From a virus (lineage: Duplodnaviria; Caudoviricetes), in the IMG/VR virus record IMGVR_UViG_3300031088_000758: DNA of 64,000 nucleotides. One strand, given 5' to 3'. This document shows positions 57,930 through 64,000 of the stretch, piece by piece. Numbering within the stretch: the stretch's first letter is position 1; every line of letters begins with the position of its first letter. The translations under genes and the position numbers were made by a program. The notes beneath the pieces are model-generated. The model did no database searches. It saw only the letters and a list, made by a program, of their open reading frames with translations, and was not told where the DNA came from.

Positions 57930-58367
57930 TTAGTACAACTCGTCATCATCATCATAATTACTTGTCAGATTGAGAAGCTGATCATTAAACGATTGTAAAT
58001 CATCATCGAAAACAATATTTTCTTCGTGAATATCCAGCTCTTTATACAATCCCTCATCAAAGTAAACGTCACCATGGAAATCCTTTTCATTTTTAGCATG
58101 TGAGTTAACTTCTTCAAATAATTCAATCAAAGAATCCGCATCATCATCAGTGAGAGTGTCTTGCTCATTCTCTTCAGATGTTTCATAATTTATAACACCT
58201 GATTCTATAAACTCTTGTTTTAATTGTTGAACCAACATTTCATCTGTTTTTCGAATAGGTTTAGGGTTAACAAAAACTGGAACCACAAATTCACTAAGAT
58301 CAGGCTCTTTTAATGTTCTATCTTCAGTATGATCTTTGTTTCTTTTCATAAAATCCCAGAAACCCAT
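57930..58367 (-). CDS. Acidic hypothetical protein
   Basis: 145-aa ORF with AGGAAG RBS. Confidence 0.7.
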   Translation of the reverse strand: MGFWDFMKRNKDHTEDRTLKEPDLSEFVVPVFVNPKPIRKTDEMLVQQLKQEFIESGVINYETSEENEQDTLTDDDADSLIELFEEVNSHAKNEKDFHGDVYFDEGLYKELDIHEENIVFDDDLQSFNDQLLNLTSNYDDDDELY

Positions 58368-58386
58368 GACAACACTTCCTTATTTT

Positions 58387-58794
58387 TCAATCATCAGTTC
58401 GATGTTGCATCGTATTTATACAAATATCATTAACTAATATTTCTAGGTTTCGTTTAGAGATTTCATCTACAATTTTAAAAAGCAAAGCTTCTTCTAAGTT
58501 TTCTTCAGTGCTTTCAAAATCTTGAAGAAAAGAAATACGAAGTGAGATCTTTTTCAATCCATCTTTGTCAGTGTAAGGTACAGCATTTAATTCATAAAAT
58601 TCACTACTGGATATTTTAGTAAATGTGTCTGAGAAGCTCAACGATATACGCTCTATAATAGGCATCAAAAAACTATTCGCTTGACTATCATCTTCTACAA
58701 TTCGACTGCTTGCCATTTTTGATAATTCTTTTTTATCACTATCTGACCCAACATTATGTAGCTCATTAACAATTGCGATTAAGCTTTTCGACAT
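58387..58794 (-). CDS. Hypothetical protein
   Basis: 135-aa ORF in operon. Confidence 0.7.
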   Translation of the reverse strand: MSKSLIAIVNELHNVGSDSDKKELSKMASSRIVEDDSQANSFLMPIIERISLSFSDTFTKISSSEFYELNAVPYTDKDGLKKISLRISFLQDFESTEENLEEALLFKIVDEISKRNLEILVNDICINTMQHRTDD

Positions 58795-58815
58795 ATTATT
58801 TCATTCACCGTTCTG

Positions 58816-59049
58816 TCATCCGTTGACGTAAAGGTTAAAACCTAAGTAGCTTACATAAACAATTCCAGCGACAATAATAATTGCACCGAGAACACCCAGG
58901 ATAGTTAAAGTTGTATTAACTGTCCTTAAAGAAACAGAGCTAAACTTGCTTTTCTTCTTTTTTGGCTTAGAAACACGCTTAATATCCTCAGCACGACGTT
59001 CTTCAGGCTCTTCTAATCTTCTATTTTTGCCTAATTCTTCAAATAACAT
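58816..59049 (-). CDS. Small C-terminally anchored membrane protein
   Basis: 77 aa, one TM, GGAGGG RBS. Confidence 0.7.
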   Translation of the reverse strand: MLFEELGKNRRLEEPEERRAEDIKRVSKPKKKKSKFSSVSLRTVNTTLTILGVLGAIIIVAGIVYVSYLGFNLYVNG

Positions 59050-59062
59050 TATTAACCCCTCC

Positions 59063-59680
59063 TTATTCTATATCAGTTCTTGTTAAAACACTGCCATAAA
59101 TATGTTCTTTATCAATAATAAAAGCCTCACCAACATTGCAATCACCAGAAATACAAACAACAACATACTGGTTCTTCAAGAAAGGGTCTTCACTATTAAT
59201 AGGTGATTTGCCTTCACTATCAGCGGGAAAAGGATATCCTATCGGTTCACCATTAACAGTTAGTATTTCCGGTGAAGCCCATGTCATCTCTCCATAAGGA
59301 CCAGCAACAACTTCAACTACAGCAGCATTACTACGAGGAGTAAAAGATTGTTTTAATCTGTCAAGAACATTTGTTCCCTGTGCTTCTTCTGTATCTACTA
59401 AAATCTGTGCACCCGGAGGAAGAATGCCACCCTCATAAGTAACATTTTTAATGGGGACTAATCCTGAACCCGATGTAGTGGGAACAATTCTCAACCAAGT
59501 AGCAGCAAAGCATAGATAAAGAATGATAATAGCTAATCCGGCAAAAGATAGAATCTGAAAAATACGACGCGAAATTAAGCGCCCATACATACCCTTAGTG
59601 ATACGAACTTCGGGTTCCTTGGGCAACGTTTCTTCTTCGAGTTCTGCTTGATTATTAGACTTCTTTAAGAATGAGGGCAT
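59063..59680 (-). CDS. Signal peptidase I (S26)-like fold protein, apparently lacking the catalytic Lys
   Basis: TM then LPPGAQILV..VVEVVAGPYG..LTVNGEP..QYVVVC..FIIDKEHIYGSV parallels S26 boxes. Confidence 0.5.
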   Translation of the reverse strand: MPSFLKKSNNQAELEEETLPKEPEVRITKGMYGRLISRRIFQILSFAGLAIIILYLCFAATWLRIVPTTSGSGLVPIKNVTYEGGILPPGAQILVDTEEAQGTNVLDRLKQSFTPRSNAAVVEVVAGPYGEMTWASPEILTVNGEPIGYPFPADSEGKSPINSEDPFLKNQYVVVCISGDCNVGEAFIIDKEHIYGSVLTRTDIE

Positions 59681-59764
59681 TTCAAACCTTCCACAATACC
59701 AATAAAATATCTGACATAATTAATATCAGGAGGATAAAATATTCGCTTTATAAGTTATATATTC

Positions 59765-60316
59765 TCAAATAGAGATAAGAATAGTGTAGCCAATAAACAT
59801 TGCTACCATGACACCTAAGAATATTGATTTCACCTTATTCGTCTTTGCCCAATTTACAACTCTGTCAAAAGTATTATGGATTTCTTCTTGATCCACTTTT
59901 TTCTTCTTAGCTGAAGGAATTCCAAGATAAGATTTTTCTACTGTCTTCAAAGTGTCGGCAATACTCTTCGTGAAATTCTGAGTAAGAACAAAATCAGCGG
60001 ATTGACCATCACTAGAGCTTATATGAAGGACAGGAGGGTCATTCCTCAAAGACATCCTGTTTCTAGGCTTTCCCTTTTCGTCATAAAAATTGAGGATTTC
60101 GCAAGAGACTACATTATCAGATTGCTTAAAAAGACTTAATACATCTTTTTCAACGATAACGCTATCATCACCTTTTAAAAACTGCTCATCATCATCAAAA
60201 TAATCTTTTTGCGTAATGTTTTCCTCATACGGTTCTTCATAATCATATATTTCCTCAGGTTCTTCCTGAGACGAAGGATTAGTTTGCGTGTTCATTTTGT
60301 CTCTTATCTTTCTCAT
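59765..60316 (-). CDS. C-terminally anchored membrane protein
   Basis: 183 aa, C-terminal TM. Confidence 0.7.
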   Translation of the reverse strand: MRKIRDKMNTQTNPSSQEEPEEIYDYEEPYEENITQKDYFDDDEQFLKGDDSVIVEKDVLSLFKQSDNVVSCEILNFYDEKGKPRNRMSLRNDPPVLHISSSDGQSADFVLTQNFTKSIADTLKTVEKSYLGIPSAKKKKVDQEEIHNTFDRVVNWAKTNKVKSIFLGVMVAMFIGYTILISI

Positions 60317-61155
60317 TCAGTAGGTTCTATATCTTGGTCTTGATTCGGTGGAGTAATTTTATCAATTTCTTGTAAATCAAATTGAGTCTCTGAGAAAGCA
60401 TCAGACCTAGGATTGTCCCAAGTAGCCAATAAAAACTCATTTTCTAGATCACGGATATCGTATAATTTCCATTCATTATCTGAGTCTATTACAAAAACTA
60501 AAGTAGCAGTTGTATTGTTAAAGTTTTTAGAGCGAACAGAATAAGAACGCTCAGCTCCAAATTCACTTCCTACTTCTACAAACATTGTTTCATTACTGTT
60601 AAAAGAAACTCTAACGCTAGCTGATCGTAATTGCGTACCATCAATATCTACATAACTGCCTTTCTCATACGCAGAGGCTTCAACAGATTCAATAGAAAAA
60701 CTATTCCTGAACAAAGTTTCAAAATCGTTAGACCAAGAATTTACTTCGGTCTCATTATAATCAATTGGAGAGCCTTCCATAATATAATCGTCAATACTGT
60801 TATAAGCTGTAGAACGTGAAGTAAAGTAGTAATCTGCTGAGTTAACATCAATTTCCAGTAAAGTTGCTAACTCATCAATATTTTCAGGAGTAATTACATC
60901 TTTTTTTACTCCAAATTCTCCCGTTTGATTAATAATCGTCTCAGAAATTCCTTCTAATTTAACCTGCTCTGATTCAGAAATTTCTACGGTGCTTGAAACT
61001 ATTGGTTGGTTAGTTTCTTCATTGTTCGTATTTCCTGGAAAAACTACGAAAAAGAGAATCAAGAAAATAGCAACTGCAACAACTGGCAAAACAACCACAA
61101 CTATTGCTTTCTTGTTTAAAGGAGCTTCTTCGTTAGTGTTTTCTGATTGTGTCAT
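60313..61155 (-). CDS. Bitopic membrane protein
   Basis: N-terminal TM, acidic extracytoplasmic domain. Confidence 0.75.
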   Translation of the reverse strand: MTQSENTNEEAPLNKKAIVVVVLPVVAVAIFLILFFVVFPGNTNNEETNQPIVSSTVEISESEQVKLEGISETIINQTGEFGVKKDVITPENIDELATLLEIDVNSADYYFTSRSTAYNSIDDYIMEGSPIDYNETEVNSWSNDFETLFRNSFSIESVEASAYEKGSYVDIDGTQLRSASVRVSFNSNETMFVEVGSEFGAERSYSVRSKNFNNTTATLVFVIDSDNEWKLYDIRDLENEFLLATWDNPRSDAFSETQFDLQEIDKITPPNQDQDIEPTE

Positions 61156-61276
61156 AATAAATCTTCCGCATTTAGATGTGTTATTTACATAAAAATATAT
61201 TAATAATATGCTTTATACTAATATCTGTTTATAGTGTACTTATGGGAATTTTATTAGAAATACCATGAGTTTTTAA

Positions 61277-62989
61277 TCATCCACCAACATAGCTAAACCC
61301 ATAATAACCTCTACCACTTTTATCAGTCATAGCATCACTAATATAACTAGCACGCGGTTGAAGAGCTGCTACACGGCTGTTTCCACGTTGACTATATGAA
61401 GCATGCATGATCATGTCTTGTCCATTTATCGTTCCCAGATACATTACTGTATGTCCACCACCATCATGCCCCGGTTTAGTAATCCATACATCACCTGGCT
61501 TTGCTTCTGACAAATTACTGTATTTTTTCCATTTATTCGGATTACTCTCAGCATATTTTCTTTGAGTAACAATGTTTCCCCAAGGATAGTTAGGGTCCAT
61601 AGTGTTTATAACAACTGTTGCTACTGCTCGGTCGCAAGAGGCATAAAGACTAGGCATTCCGTCTTTACTGCCTATTTGTTGTGCTTTATCTTTTGCTGTT
61701 ACATACTCAGGCTTAGCTTTAGATGTTCCCATCTGATCTCCACCAGTTCTTGATTCATCCACAGTAGGGTAAGCAATTTGTATAGCAAGATTTACTGAAT
61801 CACTTGTATCCACAGCACCAGACATAGAACCAGAGGTCAAGCAACTACCACCTGAAGATGAAGATGAAAAAGCTGCGCCAGAGCCAGGTGAATATGCTGA
61901 ATTAAAAGAATTAGCATAATTAATTCTCTGATTCATCATAGGTTGTCCAGCTCTTGTGAACCCTTTCTCCCAAGCCTCTGTGTAATGTTCAATACTTTCA
62001 CCTGTATCTCCAAATCCTTTTTGAAGAACTAAATCACGATTATATGTTGCTCCAGGATAAGGCGCTGTACCTTCAAACTCCATTTTTAAAAATTCAAGCT
62101 GAACACCTAAATCAGACCAAGGCTTACCTTTTGATTCAGCATATTGTGCTAGATAGAATCTTCTTTCGGAATCCCATTGGATAAGACCAATAGCTCTTCC
62201 TCCATTACCTTTACCAAGGTTCATAACCTCTGAATTTGAAGAACTTGAAGATATTGAACTACTTTGACTTGCCGCAGGATTAACAGTAGACTCTTGCCAC
62301 ATGTTTCCAATAAGACCCGCTGCTTGTTCACGGTTCATTGGTTTGTTTCCTAATGAGGTAAAGTTAGTTGTCATAGCCCAATCCGCAATGGTGCTAGCGT
62401 TAGCCATAGAATCAGCTGAGGTAGGAACGTTAATTGATAATGAGCCTCCTGATCCTGTCTGCCCGTACATTCCTATACCATAGCATCCATCAGCATTATC
62501 CGTTTTACCGAAAACTTGAACACCAGCTATAATTCCTATTACTAATACAATGATAACAGCAATAACCGCAATAACGATCCATGTAATAGGGTCTACTAAA
62601 AGTGCCACAGCAGCTGAAGCCCACTGAGATATAGAAGCAACTGCACCTTTAACCATAATTGCAGTACTACCAAGTTTTGTAACTTTCTCTGTTGCTTCAC
62701 CTACTTTTTCAGCAGCCTCAGGGTTTGCCTCTCCAATTGTTTTTTGAGCAGTATCTTTCGCAGTCCCAGCAATAGCATCTGTTGCTGCACCTTTAAGATT
62801 AGTGCCGTTTTTTTGAAGGGCATTTTTGGAATTTTTTAAAGCATCTTGACCTATTTCCCCAGCTTTTTGAGCAACACCTTTTTGTGGAGAGCCATTATCA
62901 GATAAGTTTTCACCATTATCTAAATTTTGCTGTCCACTGTTTTTGTCATTTGGATCAGACCCATCTAAAGGTATCTCAAATTTAGCCAT
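61277..62989 (-). CDS. Membrane-anchored conjugative cell-wall hydrolase (phage-tail-lysozyme domain plus NlpC/P60-CHAP-like domain)
   Basis: AAGLIGNMWQES..GLIQWD..QLEFLKME..RINYA; SCDRAV..PGDVW..GHTVMY. Confidence 0.85.
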   Translation of the reverse strand: MAKFEIPLDGSDPNDKNSGQQNLDNGENLSDNGSPQKGVAQKAGEIGQDALKNSKNALQKNGTNLKGAATDAIAGTAKDTAQKTIGEANPEAAEKVGEATEKVTKLGSTAIMVKGAVASISQWASAAVALLVDPITWIVIAVIAVIIVLVIGIIAGVQVFGKTDNADGCYGIGMYGQTGSGGSLSINVPTSADSMANASTIADWAMTTNFTSLGNKPMNREQAAGLIGNMWQESTVNPAASQSSSISSSSSNSEVMNLGKGNGGRAIGLIQWDSERRFYLAQYAESKGKPWSDLGVQLEFLKMEFEGTAPYPGATYNRDLVLQKGFGDTGESIEHYTEAWEKGFTRAGQPMMNQRINYANSFNSAYSPGSGAAFSSSSSGGSCLTSGSMSGAVDTSDSVNLAIQIAYPTVDESRTGGDQMGTSKAKPEYVTAKDKAQQIGSKDGMPSLYASCDRAVATVVINTMDPNYPWGNIVTQRKYAESNPNKWKKYSNLSEAKPGDVWITKPGHDGGGHTVMYLGTINGQDMIMHASYSQRGNSRVAALQPRASYISDAMTDKSGRGYYGFSYVGG

Positions 62990-63064
62990 TCATCAAATCC
63001 TCTAAAGAAATTAGTTCATTAAATTTGTTCTACTTTTAATAAACATTACACTTACTAATATCAC

Positions 63065-63119
63065 AATCATAGAGTATAAATACAAAATTAAAACGAGATT
63101 GTATTTATACTCTATGATT
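63065..63119 (-). terminator. Long hairpin / terminator
   Basis: 21-bp perfect inverted repeat AATCATAGAGTATAAATACAA / TTGTATTTATACTCTATGATT. Confidence 0.75.
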
Positions 63120-63150
63120 ATTTCTATCTAATTATTTAAGACGTTTCTCA

Positions 63151-64000
63151 TCAACTTTCGTCTTTATCATCCTTTGGACGCAATACTCTACCTCTACGTC
63201 CTTGATTACGTCCTAATCCTCTGTAAGGGTCATCTGGTGAATTAAATAGTTTTCCTTGTGGATTACCAGGTTTTCCACTTACCCTAGGAGCATTATTTGA
63301 AGTATCATTGCTTTCATCCATTGCTTCATTTTGCATATTCTGATCATTCTCTTCCATAGAGTCCCATATTAATTGTTCCCCATTTTGGTTTTCAGAAGAT
63401 CGCTTTATTCTTCTTTCAGAAGCTTTTCTATTCATTGCTTCACGACGATCATTCTTATTATCTTTTTGAATCATCTCTTCTTCTTCAACAGACAAAGGTG
63501 GTTCATCAGATACAGAACTGGTTCTACTTCTAAAACCTGAATTGTTGTTTGGTTGATTGCGCAATTGTTGTTCTACAGATTTCTTTATCTTTTCTTCATT
63601 CCCTTGCTCAGCTCTTGTTAATCTGTCATCAATTTCACGTTCATGTTGTTCACGTTCTGATTCTCTCTGTTTCTTCAAAGTTGCATTTTGTTCTTCTTGA
63701 ACCCTACGAGAATCAACAGATGCATTTTGGATTTCTGATGCACGTTTATTGACATCATTATTCAAGTTTTTAATATTATTTTGCAAACTTTCTGCTTCTC
63801 TTCTAGCTCTGTTAACTTCGTTCTTTAGCTCATTTTCTGAATTATTCTTATGCTCACTTGATGGAGATACAGGAGCAGGTGAAGAAGGTCTAGAAGTTGG
63901 AATAGGTGTTGCCTGAGATACAGAAGGAACATTGCTATTTATATTTTGTTGTTTAGCTTGTTCAGCTGCAAATTCCTCTTCATCTCTTGCTCTCTGTTCG
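63151..64000 (-). CDS. C-terminal part of a coiled-coil/low-complexity protein (5' end outside window)
   Basis: Frame of ORF 63151-63786 stays open to the window edge. Confidence 0.75.
   Translation of the reverse strand, partial: EQRARDEEEFAAEQAKQQNINSNVPSVSQATPIPTSRPSSPAPVSPSSEHKNNSENELKNEVNRARREAESLQNNIKNLNNDVNKRASEIQNASVDSRRVQEEQNATLKKQRESEREQHEREIDDRLTRAEQGNEEKIKKSVEQQLRNQPNNNSGFRSRTSSVSDEPPLSVEEEEMIQKDNKNDRREAMNRKASERRIKRSSENQNGEQLIWDSMEENDQNMQNEAMDESNDTSNNAPRVSGKPGNPQGKLFNSPDDPYRGLGRNQGRRGRVLRPKDDKDES

Noticed and set aside
61277-62989. Phage tail lysozyme domain as evidence for a phage
   Set aside because: TM anchor plus NlpC/CHAP fusion near VirB6-like genes fits conjugative hydrolases; no virion genes seen.
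1452-63752. Numerous 60-180-aa ORFs antisense or out-of-frame to long genes
   Set aside because: Shadow ORFs inside well-supported genes; no independent signals.
1-64000. tRNA, rRNA, CRISPR arrays, IS elements, oriT or iterons
   Set aside because: None recognisable by eye; tRNAscan/Infernal would be needed to exclude divergent RNAs.

Overview
AT-rich window (roughly 30-35% GC by eye) with nearly all genes on the minus strand. It looks like part of a very large conjugative extrachromosomal element (megaplasmid or ICE-like); no rRNA, tRNA, CRISPR or virion structural genes were recognised. Transfer/surface genes: two paralogous giant VirB6/TrbL-like membrane proteins (one with an inserted M23 peptidase), a CpaF/VirB11 ATPase with a LAGLIDADG intein, an FtsK/coupling-type ATPase N-half, a tail-lysozyme plus NlpC/CHAP hydrolase, and many bitopic membrane proteins. 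DNA metabolism genes: RadA, SbcC/Rad50, SSB, two HU/IHF. Also three sigma70-family proteins, a DivIVA-domain protein, a Sec-exported Rhs toxin with a NucA/NucB nuclease tip and a putative immunity array, and an accessory block (RNA ligase, histidine phosphatase, BI-1/YccA, ParB-like, baeRF). Top observation: an apparent natural THREE-PIECE split intein. The FtsK-like ORF stops right after its Walker A lysine in a 15-aa intein N-fragment. A free-standing ORF about 7 kb downstream encodes the complementary intein middle (block B, no block A, no C-terminal blocks, no extein). The C-fragment with the rest of the ATPase is not in the window. A decayed Vsr/Hef-like homing endonuclease sits at the fracture. 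Also found: an element-wide upstream motif GATATT (19 intergenic regions), a shared H-C-C-H N-terminal tag on three unrelated proteins, and a candidate sRNA. All calls come from reading motifs by eye; no database searches were run.
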